Below, one piece after another: positions 1 through 6,139 of a stretch of DNA of 13,504 bases. The position numbers and the translations under genes are program-made. The notes below the pieces were generated by a model. The model had not been told where the DNA came from and did not search any database. It worked only from the letters and a program-made list of their open reading frames with translations. The stretch covers positions 1 to 13,504 of the forward strand of contig JAKSQG010000031.1 in NCBI GenBank assembly GCA_024404275.1, given 5' to 3'. The DNA is from Clostridia bacterium (GTDB lineage Bacteria; Bacillota; Clostridia; Christensenellales; Aristaeellaceae). How positions within the stretch are numbered: the stretch's first letter is position 1; each line of letters opens with the position of its first letter.

Positions 1-20
1 TGATACAGGGAAAAAACAGC

Positions 21-49
21 TTGATTTACGCAAATCTATGCTATATAAT
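21..49 (+). promoter_or_regulatory. Sigma-70-type promoter for the YegP-family bicistron
   Basis: TTGATT (21-26), a 17-nt spacer, then TATAAT (44-49). It lies about 40 nt upstream of the GGAGG RBS at 77-81. Confidence 0.55.
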
Positions 50-89
50 GTTCAATATCAACATTAAATAACAAATGGAGGCTGCACCT

Positions 90-467
90 ATGGGCAAGTT
101 CGTAATCCGCAATACCAAGACGGGCATCAAGTTTGATCTGAAGGCCGGCAACGGCGAAGTGATTGCCACCAGCGAAGTGTACAAGTCCGAAAGAAGCTGC
201 CGCGCCGGCATCGCGTCCGTCGCCAAGAATGCTCCCATCGCCAATGTGGAAGATCAGACCGTGGAAGGCTACAAGACCGAAAAGTGCCCCAAGTTTGAAG
301 TTTATACTGACAAGGCCGGCGAAATCCGCTTCCGCCTGAAGGCTACCAACGGTCAGATCATCGCCGTTTCCGAGGGCTATAAGGCCATGGCCAGCTGCAC
401 CAACGGCATCGCTTCTGTGCGCAAGAACGCTGACGGCGCTCCCATTGTCATGCAGGAAGACAAGTAA
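90..467 (+). CDS. YegP/UPF0339 family protein with two tandem DUF1508 repeats
   Basis: There are two internal repeats of the DUF1508 pattern: KF.....K.G..F.LKA.NG..IA.SE.Y.S...C..GIASV.KNA (GKFVIRNTKTGIKFDLKAGNGEVIATSEVYKS... and PKFEVYTDKAGEIRFRLKATNGQIIAVSEGYKA...). I prefer the ATG at 90 over the ORF-track ATG at 75, because GGAGG at 77-81 sits 8 nt upstream of it. Confidence 0.88.
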   Translation: MGKFVIRNTKTGIKFDLKAGNGEVIATSEVYKSERSCRAGIASVAKNAPIANVEDQTVEGYKTEKCPKFEVYTDKAGEIRFRLKATNGQIIAVSEGYKAMASCTNGIASVRKNADGAPIVMQEDK

Positions 468-480
468 GGATAATACCGCC

Positions 481-705
481 ATGGATATCAAAGCCGAAGT
501 TGAAAAGATCGTCAAAAAGCTGACCGAGGACGAGACCGTCAAGGCCGCTTTCAAAAAGGACCCGGTCAAGACCGTGACCGATCTGCTGGGCATCAAGCTG
601 GATAACGATACGATCAACCAGATCGTTGCCGCGGTAAAAGCCAAGGTGAACCTGGATGACGCCAAGAGCCTGCTGGGCGGCCTCAAAGGCATCCTCGGCA
701 AGTGA
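481..705 (+). CDS. Small (74 aa) lysine-rich, predicted all-helical hypothetical protein, co-transcribed with the YegP-family gene
   Basis: The ATG at 481 (MDIKAEVEKIVKKL...) is preceded by AAGGA at 466-470. The ORF-track start at 445 overlaps the upstream gene and has no RBS. There is no signal peptide or TM segment, and the C-terminus is LLGGLKGILGK. Codon usage matches the neighbours. A terminator follows directly. Confidence 0.7.
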   Translation: MDIKAEVEKIVKKLTEDETVKAAFKKDPVKTVTDLLGIKLDNDTINQIVAAVKAKVNLDDAKSLLGGLKGILGK

Positions 706-719
706 TTTTTGCCCTTTGC

Positions 720-757
720 AAGGCATTCCGGATAATGAATCCGGGATGCCTTTTTTT
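720..757 (+). terminator. Intrinsic terminator of the YegP bicistron
   Basis: Stem GGCATTCCGGA (722-732) pairs with TCCGGGATGCC (740-750), with one G-U pair and a 7-nt loop. It is followed by TTTTTTT (751-757). Confidence 0.85.
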
Positions 758-804
758 GTTGCGAAGAAGCATGTTTTTTGGGTGTACTTTTGTGCTTTAA
801 AGTG

Positions 805-833
805 TTGACAGTAAAATAAGTCTGTATTAAAAT
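805..833 (+). promoter_or_regulatory. Sigma-70 promoter of the ABC-importer leader
   Basis: TTGACA (805-810), a 17-nt spacer, then TAAAAT (828-833). Confidence 0.7.
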
Positions 834-840
834 CGTTTTA

Positions 841-990
841 ACTTGGGAAGGAGGAGCCGAACCGTGAAAAACTTCGGGCGATTTTACTTTATCACCGCGG
901 CAGACAGCGTTCGGGTTCCTCGGACCGAAAAACCGGGAAGAACCTGAGCATCTGCCGCCTGTTGTGGTGTGCGGGTGCTTTTGTTTTTTT
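841..990 (+). promoter_or_regulatory. Structured 5' leader with a transcription attenuator (unclassified riboswitch or leader-peptide attenuator) controlling the downstream ABC importer
   Basis: The leader lies between the promoter and the SBP RBS. Hairpin 856-861/873-879. Hairpin 914-918/940-944 with an inner 921-923/933-935 pairing and an A-rich loop. Terminator hairpin 948-959/966-978 (about 12 bp, one bulge) is followed by TTTTGTTTTTTT (979-990). GCGGCAGA (897-904) is perfectly complementary to TCTGCCGC (951-958) in the terminator 5' arm, giving a candidate antiterminator. Confidence 0.6.
864..947 (+). CDS. Candidate 27-codon leader peptide (MKNFGRFYFITAADSVRVPRTEKPGRT)
   Basis: AAGGAGG (848-854) lies 9 nt upstream of the GTG at 864. 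The TGA stop (945-947) abuts the first base of the terminator 5' arm (948). Three Phe and one Tyr fall within codons 4-9. The ORF is short and could be fortuitous. Confidence 0.3.
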   Translation: MKNFGRFYFITAADSVRVPRTEKPGRT

Positions 991-1016
991 CGAAAAAACG
1001 AAAGGAAATGAAAACC

Positions 1017-1961
1017 ATGAAAAAGATCGTTGCTATGCTGACCGCTATGATGCTTCTGCTGGCTTGTGTGCCTGCTCTGGCTGAAGGCTACACCGTTGGT
1101 ATCTGCCAGTTTGCCCCTCATGTGGCACTGGATGCCGCTACCCAGGGCTTCAAGGATGCTCTGAATGAGCTGCTGCCCGGTCAGGTGACCATTCTGGATC
1201 AGAATGCCCTCGGCGAATTCTCCAACGTCAACTCCATCATTGATACCTTCGTGGGTTCCAATGTGGACCTGATCATGGCCAACGCCACCCCCGCTGTGCA
1301 GGCTGCTGCCAGCGCCACCAACACCATCCCCGTGCTGGGCACCGCTGTGACCCATTACGGCACTGCTCTGGAAATTGAAGACTGGACCGGCGTGGTCGGC
1401 ACCAACGTGTCCGGTACTTCCGATCTGGCTCCCCTGGATCAGCAGGCTGCCATGATCAAGGAATGGTTCCCCGAAGCCAAGGTGGTCGGCCTGCTGTACT
1501 GCTCCGCCGAAGCCAACAGCGTTTTCCAGGTGGAAACCATTGCCGAATACCTGAAGGACATGGGCATTGAGTGCAAGGACTTCTCCTTCACCGACGCCAG
1601 CGATATCACTGCCGCTGCCGAGGCTGCTTGCGCCGCCTGCGACGTGCTGTATGTTCCTACCGATAACACCGCTGCCAACAACACCGAAGCCATCGCCAAC
1701 GCGGTGATCCCGCTGGGCAAGCCCGTTATCGCCGGTGAAGAAGGCATCTGCTCCGGCTGCGGCGTTGCCACCCTGTCCATCAGCTACTACGAGCTGGGCT
1801 ACATCACCGGCCAGATGGCTGCGAAGGTGCTGACCGGCGAAGCCAACATCGCTGAAATGGCCATCGAGTATGCTCCCAATGTGACTTCCAAGTACAACGC
1901 CGATATGTGCGCTGCTCTGAACATCACTCCTGTGGAAGGCTACGTTGCCATCGGCGAATAA
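1017..1961 (+). CDS. ABC transporter substrate-binding protein, ABC_sub_bind family (PF04392/COG2984)
   Basis: The sequence follows the family pattern: GICQF.PH.ALDAA..GF.DAL, LI.A.ATPA.QAA, GTSDL.P...Q..MIKE..P.AK.VG.LY.S.EANS, YVPTDNT. The N-terminal signal is MKKIVAMLTAMMLLLAC, with a possible LLAC lipobox or an ALA-EG cleavage site. I chose the ATG at 1017, with AAAGGAA at 1000-1006. The upstream starts at 969 and 1008 lie inside the terminator U-tract or too close to the RBS. Confidence 0.92.
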   Translation: MKKIVAMLTAMMLLLACVPALAEGYTVGICQFAPHVALDAATQGFKDALNELLPGQVTILDQNALGEFSNVNSIIDTFVGSNVDLIMANATPAVQAAASATNTIPVLGTAVTHYGTALEIEDWTGVVGTNVSGTSDLAPLDQQAAMIKEWFPEAKVVGLLYCSAEANSVFQVETIAEYLKDMGIECKDFSFTDASDITAAAEAACAACDVLYVPTDNTAANNTEAIANAVIPLGKPVIAGEEGICSGCGVATLSISYYELGYITGQMAAKVLTGEANIAEMAIEYAPNVTSKYNADMCAALNITPVEGYVAIGE

Positions 1962-1974
1962 TCGCTGAAATAAG

Positions 1975-2020
1975 CCCCCGGGAACCGTTTTGCGCGGTTC
2001 CCGGGGATTTGGTGTTTCTT
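1975..2020 (+). terminator. Intercistronic hairpin (partial terminator or mRNA stabiliser) after the SBP gene
   Basis: Perfect 12-bp GC-rich stem CCCCGGGAACCG (1976-1987) pairs with CGGTTCCCGGGG (1995-2006), with a 7-nt loop. It is followed by the T-rich tract ATTTGGTGTTTCTTTGG. The permease RBS and start lie only about 35 nt downstream. Confidence 0.6.
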
Positions 2021-2053
2021 TGGATTAATATTAGATTTGTTTGAGGTGCTCCG

Positions 2054-2974
2054 ATGAACTTCTTTGCCTCCCTGCTCAATTCTTTGCCCAGTGCCTCCGC
2101 ACAGGGTATGATATGGGGAATCATGGCGATTGGCGTCTATCTGACGTATCGTATTCTGGATGTGGCCGATCTGACGGTGGACGGCAGCCTGGCAACGGGC
2201 GCTGCGGTTTGCGTCATGCTGATCAAAGGCGGTATGGATACGGGTCTGGCGATGGTGTGCGCGTTTATGGCGGGCATGCTGGCCGGTGCAGTCACGGGCT
2301 TGTTCCATACCAGATGCCGTATTCCTGCCATTCTGTCGGGTATACTGACGCAGCTGATGCTTTATTCCATCAACCTGCGGATCATGAGCAACAAGGCAAA
2401 TACGCCCATCAGTGTGGACAAGTATCCGCTGCTGGTGTCCTCCCGCTATGTTCGCGTGGTGGGTTGGAACAACCCGCTGATTGTGCTGGCTCTTTTTGTG
2501 GCGCTGTTGATCGTTGCGTTGTATTGGTTCTTTGGGACCGAACGCGGCTGCTCCATCCGGGCGACCGGCGCCAACCGTCATATGGCGCAGGCACAGGGCA
2601 TCAATACGGATGTGAACGTGGTGCTCGGACTGATGCTTTCCAACGGTCTGGTGGCCCTGAGCGGCGCGCTGCTGGGACAGTATTCCGGTTCGGCGGACGT
2701 CAACATGGGTCGAGGCGCCATCGTTATCGGTCTGGCGGCAGTCATCATCGGCGAAGTGCTGTTGGACAAGCTCTTCCGTGCTTTTGCGCTGAAGCTGCTG
2801 GCGGTCATCATCGGTGCGATCCTCTATTATCTGGTGCTGCAGGCTGTGCTGCTGCTGGGTCTCAACAGCAATGACCTGAAGCTGATGACGGCTCTGGTGG
2901 TGGCCATTTTCCTGACGGTGCCCAATCTGAAGGGACATCTGCTCAAACCGCGTGCCAAAGGCAAGGAGGCTTAA
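2054..2974 (+). CDS. ABC transporter permease (BPD_transp_2 type, COG4120)
   Basis: The 306-aa protein is polytopic and hydrophobic. GAGGTG (2043-2048) lies 5 nt upstream of the ATG. Its position between the COG2984 SBP and the COG1101 ATPase is the canonical operon order. Confidence 0.9.
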   Translation: MNFFASLLNSLPSASAQGMIWGIMAIGVYLTYRILDVADLTVDGSLATGAAVCVMLIKGGMDTGLAMVCAFMAGMLAGAVTGLFHTRCRIPAILSGILTQLMLYSINLRIMSNKANTPISVDKYPLLVSSRYVRVVGWNNPLIVLALFVALLIVALYWFFGTERGCSIRATGANRHMAQAQGINTDVNVVLGLMLSNGLVALSGALLGQYSGSADVNMGRGAIVIGLAAVIIGEVLLDKLFRAFALKLLAVIIGAILYYLVLQAVLLLGLNSNDLKLMTALVVAIFLTVPNLKGHLLKPRAKGKEA

Positions 2975-2978
2975 TAAA

Positions 2979-3776
2979 ATGCTGGAAATCAAAAACGTCT
3001 CCAAAACCTTTTATCCCGGAACCATCAATGCCAAGACTGCGTTGGATAATGTCAGCCTGACGCTGAACGAAGGCGATTTTGTTACCGTCATCGGCGGCAA
3101 CGGCGCCGGAAAATCCACACTGATGAATGCCATTGCCGGCACCTTTGCGGTGGATCAGGGCAGCATCTGCATCGATGGTCGCAATATCACACGCCTGCCG
3201 GCGTATCGCCGTGCGGCGTTTATCTCCCGCGTGTTCCAGGATCCCATGATGGGCACGGCGCCCACCATGCAGATCGATGAAAATCTGGCTCTGGCGGCGC
3301 GCCGCGGCAGCTTCCACGGCTTCAAGTGGGGCATTACCAAGGCGGAAAAGGAACAGTATTATGAAGAACTGAAAAAGCTGCAGCTCGGCCTTGAAACACG
3401 CATGACCAGCAAGGTAGGTCTTTTGTCCGGCGGACAAAGGCAGGCACTGACCTTGCTGATGGCTGCTTTGAAAAAGCCGCAGCTGCTGCTGCTTGACGAG
3501 CACACTGCCGCGCTCGATCCCCGCACAGCCATGAAGGTGCTGACGCTTTCCCAACAGATCGTGGAAGAGCATCACCTGACCACGCTGATGATCACCCACA
3601 ACATGAAGGACGCCATTGCCTACGGCAACCGTCTGATCATGATGGATAATGGTCATATCGTGCTGGATATCTCCGGCGCGGAAAAGAAACAACTGACGGT
3701 TTCTGACCTGCTCAAGCGTTTTGCAATGGTCAGCGGCGAGGAAGAAGTCAGCGACAGATTGCTGCTTTCTCACTGA
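2979..3776 (+). CDS. ABC transporter ATP-binding protein (COG1101 type)
   Basis: Walker A GGNGAGKST, signature LSGGQRQ, Walker B LLLLDEHTAALD and H-loop ITHN are all present. GGAGG (2965-2969) lies 9 nt upstream of the ATG at 2979. The ORF-track start at 2952 is a GTG inside the permease gene. Confidence 0.93.
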   Translation: MLEIKNVSKTFYPGTINAKTALDNVSLTLNEGDFVTVIGGNGAGKSTLMNAIAGTFAVDQGSICIDGRNITRLPAYRRAAFISRVFQDPMMGTAPTMQIDENLALAARRGSFHGFKWGITKAEKEQYYEELKKLQLGLETRMTSKVGLLSGGQRQALTLLMAALKKPQLLLLDEHTAALDPRTAMKVLTLSQQIVEEHHLTTLMITHNMKDAIAYGNRLIMMDNGHIVLDISGAEKKQLTVSDLLKRFAMVSGEEEVSDRLLLSH

Positions 3777-3779
3777 GTG

Positions 3780-3825
3780 AAAAAAAGAAAGGAACCTTCG
3801 AAAAAATTCGGAGGTTCCTTTTTTG
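3780..3825. terminator. Bidirectional intrinsic terminator between convergent genes
   Basis: A 12-bp stem spans 3791-3802/3807-3818 (GGAACCTTCGAA / TTCGGAGGTTCC, one G-U pair) with an AAAA loop. It is flanked by an A-tract (3780-3790) and TTTTTT (3819-3824). Confidence 0.88.
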
Positions 3826-3831
3826 ATGGAA

Positions 3832-4185
3832 TCAGATGGTGCAGTGAACGGTATCAGCCAGAATCACGGTGTCGTATTCATCATGGATAAAATTGCTCAT
3901 GCGGCGTCCGGCGGGCTTTGACGGCATTTCCCTCGTGATGGGGTCGCAGGGCGGCAAAGCGGTGCGGAGCTTTTTGTCGGCGATCGTCAGATAAGTACCG
4001 AAGGCGGCGGGATACTCAAACATGCGTTCAACGCCGTCGATATCGGCCACGATGCAGCCGCCGCGCACGCCGGTGATGTGGCCGCGACCGAACAGGACAT
4101 GGATGACGCGCTTGCCGATCAGCTTTTCGGGGTCCGGCACTCGGAGCTTGCGCGGCATATTACAGGTTACTGCTAAAGTGCTCAT
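3832..4185 (-). CDS. Hypothetical small protein with a PcrA/UvrD C-terminal Tudor-like motif
   Basis: The segment GKRVIHVLFGRGHITGVRGGCIVADIDGVERMFEYPAAF resembles the G.rV.H..FG.G.V......v.V.F pattern of the helicase C-terminal SH3/Tudor-like domain. I prefer the start at 4185 (MSTLAV...), where AAGAAGG lies 7 nt upstream. An alternative ATG at 4215 has its SD too close. Confidence 0.6.
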   Translation of the reverse strand: MSTLAVTCNMPRKLRVPDPEKLIGKRVIHVLFGRGHITGVRGGCIVADIDGVERMFEYPAAFGTYLTIADKKLRTALPPCDPITREMPSKPAGRRMSNFIHDEYDTVILADTVHCTI

Positions 4186-4239
4186 AGGGCGGCCTTCTTT
4201 CCGATAGAATCGCATCTTCCTTCCGGAGGGTACGCCCTA

Positions 4240-4248
4240 TTTATAGCA
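4240..4248 (-). promoter_or_regulatory. Possible extended -10 promoter (TGcTATAAA) for the small orphan gene
   Basis: The minus strand reads TGCTATAAA, which fits the TGn extended -10 pattern. There is no good -35. The element lies in the AT-rich spacer downstream of metK. Confidence 0.3.
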
Positions 4249-4333
4249 TTTGTATATGAATTGAAGATGAACGCCCGTGTAAACTTTGTGAACGAACTGT
4301 AAAGGTTATATCAAGTTTTGTTTATGTTGCGAT

Positions 4334-5500
4334 TTACAGCTTGGCGGCTTCAGCCTTCAGCTTTTCGACATAGTCGGTACGCTCCCAGGTGAAGCTTTCT
4401 TCTTCACGGCCGAAGTGACCGTAGGCAGCGGTGGCACGGTAGATGGGACGGCGCAGGTTCAGACGCTCAATGATGGCGGCGGGACGCATATCAAACACGC
4501 GGCTCACGAGATCGGACAGCACATCATCACTGTACTTGCCGGTGCCGTAGGTATCCACCGTCAGGCTGACGGGCTGGGCAACGCCGATGGCATAGGCGAC
4601 TTCAATCTGGCAGCGCTCGCACAGACCGGCGGCCACCAGATTCTTGGCGGCATGACGGGCAGCGTAGGCAGCGCTGCGGTCCACCTTGCTGGGATCCTTG
4701 CCGGAGAAGCAGCCGCCGCCATGGGCGCAATAGCCGCCATAGGTATCGACAATGATCTTGCGGCCGGTCAGACCGGTATCACCGGCAGGGCCGCCGATGA
4801 CGAAACGACCGGTGGGGTTGACATAGTACTTAGTGTTTTCATGCAGCAGCTCGGCGGGAATGACCTTTTTGATGACTTCTTCGATCATGGCCTTTTCGAT
4901 TTCTTCATGGCTGACCGATTCAGCATGCTGGGTGGAGATGACCACGGCATCCACGGCAACGGGCTTGCCATCTTCGTAGGCGACGGTAACCTGGGATTTT
5001 CCGTCGGGACGCATCCAGGGGCAGGTACCGTTCTTGCGCACCTCCGCCATGCGGCGGGTAAGGCGATGGGACAGTGCGATGGGCATGGGCATCAGCTCGG
5101 GGGTTTCGGTGCAGGCATAACCGAACATCATGCCCTGGTCACCGGCACCCTGCTCATGATTGTCGGTGGCGGTGACGCCCATGGAGATGTCGGGGCTCTG
5201 CTCGTGCACAGAGACCATTACGCCGCAGGAGTGGCCGTCAAAGCACATATCGCCGTGGGTGTAGCCGATATCAAGGATCACCTTGCGGGCAATGGATTCG
5301 ATGTTGACATTGGCGGAAGTGGTGATTTCACCCATCACGGTGACGACACCGGTGGTGGCAAAGGTTTCGCAGGCGACACGCGCCATGGGGTCACGCGCGA
5401 GGATCTCATCCAGAACGGCATCGGAAATCTGATCGCAGATTTTATCGGGATGGCCTTCCGTAACGCTTTCGGAGGTAAACAGCTTTCTTACTTTGCTCAT
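4334..5500 (-). CDS. metK: S-adenosylmethionine synthase (methionine adenosyltransferase)
   Basis: MetK hallmarks are present: [75 protein letters not shown]. The start is the ATG at 5500 (MSKVRKLF), with a GGAAAGGAAAAG RBS. The ORF-track extension to 5704 runs through the riboswitch. Confidence 0.97.
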   Translation of the reverse strand: MSKVRKLFTSESVTEGHPDKICDQISDAVLDEILARDPMARVACETFATTGVVTVMGEITTSANVNIESIARKVILDIGYTHGDMCFDGHSCGVMVSVHEQSPDISMGVTATDNHEQGAGDQGMMFGYACTETPELMPMPIALSHRLTRRMAEVRKNGTCPWMRPDGKSQVTVAYEDGKPVAVDAVVISTQHAESVSHEEIEKAMIEEVIKKVIPAELLHENTKYYVNPTGRFVIGGPAGDTGLTGRKIIVDTYGGYCAHGGGCFSGKDPSKVDRSAAYAARHAAKNLVAAGLCERCQIEVAYAIGVAQPVSLTVDTYGTGKYSDDVLSDLVSRVFDMRPAAIIERLNLRRPIYRATAAYGHFGREEESFTWERTDYVEKLKAEAAKL

Positions 5501-5534
5501 GTTCTTCTTTTCCTTTCCATACAATACGCGGACA

Positions 5535-5688
5535 TAAAAAATCCGCTCGCAGCAGACGGGCGGAATCATTGCTTCATGTCTCGCCTTATCTGTCGGTGTT
5601 TCCACCGCCGGAATTAGCACCGCACGTTTTACCGTCGGTTGCCGGGCATCATCGGGCCGTTCCCTCCGCCACTCTTGATAAGGGATGT
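5535..5688 (-). promoter_or_regulatory. SAM-I (S-box) riboswitch with terminator expression platform
   Basis: The minus strand reads CCCTTATCAAGAGTGGCGGAGGGAACGGCCCGATGATGCCCGGCAACCGACGG...GGTGCTAATTCCGGCGGTGGAAACACCGACAGATAAGGCGA. This matches the S-box core (UUAUCAAGAG.GG.GGAGGGA..GGCCCGAUGA..CCCGGCAACC...GUGCUAAUUCC...AGAUAAG). A terminator follows: stem 5542-5565, then TTTTTTA (plus 5535-5541). Confidence 0.95.
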
Positions 5689-5704
5689 TCAGTTGTCGGT
5701 GCAT

Positions 5705-5733
5705 ATTATAGTAAAATCGTCAGTGAATGTCAA
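5705..5733 (-). promoter_or_regulatory. Consensus sigma-70 promoter of the metK S-box leader
   Basis: On the minus strand: TTGACA (plus 5728-5733), a 17-nt spacer, then TATAAT (plus 5705-5710). Both hexamers are perfect. Confidence 0.8.
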
Positions 5734-5821
5734 GAGCAAAACCCGCCGAATTTGGCAAATACGGTAAAAAACATTTGCCGAAAAAGGAAAAAAGCAGTAT
5801 GATGGAGATGAGGTGAGTAGA

Positions 5822-6088
5822 ATGAAAATGATGATGACGGTGATCACGGCAGTGATGAGCCTGATCGCATTTGGAATGATGGGCATTGACAAGCACAGGG
5901 CTAAAGCGGGAAAATGGCGCATCAGGGAGCGGACGCTGTTCATTGCGGCACTCTGTCTGGGGGCCATCGGCGGCACGGCGGGCATGCGGGTGTTTCATCA
6001 TAAGACGAAGCACTGGTATTTCAAAGTGTTTTTTCCGCTGCTGGCGGTACTGCAAGCGGTGCTGGTGATATGGATATGGGTCAAATAA
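5822..6088 (+). CDS. DUF1294 domain-containing membrane protein
   Basis: DUF1294 pattern: DK.RAK.G.WRI.E..L...AL.GG..G....HHKT.H..F. GAGG (5810-5813) lies 8 nt upstream of the ATG at 5822. The GTG at 5813 overlaps the RBS itself. Confidence 0.85.
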   Translation: MKMMMTVITAVMSLIAFGMMGIDKHRAKAGKWRIRERTLFIAALCLGAIGGTAGMRVFHHKTKHWYFKVFFPLLAVLQAVLVIWIWVK

Positions 6089-6125
6089 AAATCGGCGGGT
6101 GGAAATTTTTCCACTCGCCGTTTGA
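6086..6125. terminator. Bidirectional intrinsic terminator between convergent genes
   Basis: A 13-bp stem, CGGCGGGTGGAAA (6093-6105) pairing with TTTCCACTCGCCG (6108-6120), has one G-U pair. An A-rich tract lies on the left and TTT on the right. Confidence 0.85.
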
Positions 6126-6139
6126 ATTTATGAGAAAAA

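Noticed and set aside
841-990. Possibility that the ABC leader is a T-box (this transporter family includes the predicted trpXYZ importers) or a ykkC-family riboswitch.
   Set aside because: At about 150 nt it is short for a transcriptional T-box. It lacks the T-box sequence GGGUGGNACCGCG, the AGAGA/GNUGNGA boxes and an obvious specifier loop. The resemblance to ykkC is limited to a short 3' hairpin (AAAAACCGGGAAGA), and the GGUCCGAGAG and ACGG core elements are absent. I leave it unclassified rather than force a class.
36-1355. A 439-aa ORF on the minus strand spanning the YegP bicistron, the leader and part of the SBP gene.
   Set aside because: It is antisense to well-supported genes and crosses two intergenic regions, a promoter and two terminators. 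The composition is low-complexity (G/H/S/A runs) and there is no RBS. This is a typical shadow ORF in GC3-rich DNA.
1940-3773. Long minus-strand ORFs (1940-3004, 2943-3773) and the +1 frame ORF 2041-2874, all overlapping the ABC permease and ATPase genes.
   Set aside because: They translate to Q/H/R/G-rich sequence with no recognisable motifs. The + strand frames I retained carry the polytopic permease and the full Walker A, signature and Walker B set.
4415-5617. A 400-aa plus-strand ORF antisense to metK.
   Set aside because: It is Gly/Asp/His/Ala-rich low-complexity sequence lying exactly opposite an unambiguous metK, so it is a shadow ORF.
5775-5803. A possible promoter (TTGCCG-17-TATGAT) for the DUF1294 gene.
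   Set aside because: The -35 is poor, and the implied transcript start would fall on or within a few nucleotides of the RBS. I cannot support it from sequence alone.
75-5813. N-terminal extensions proposed by the ORF track at 75, 445, 969, 2952, 5704 and 5813.
   Set aside because: In each case a downstream start has a properly spaced GGAGG-like RBS. The extension overlaps the upstream gene, a terminator U-tract, a riboswitch or the RBS itself.
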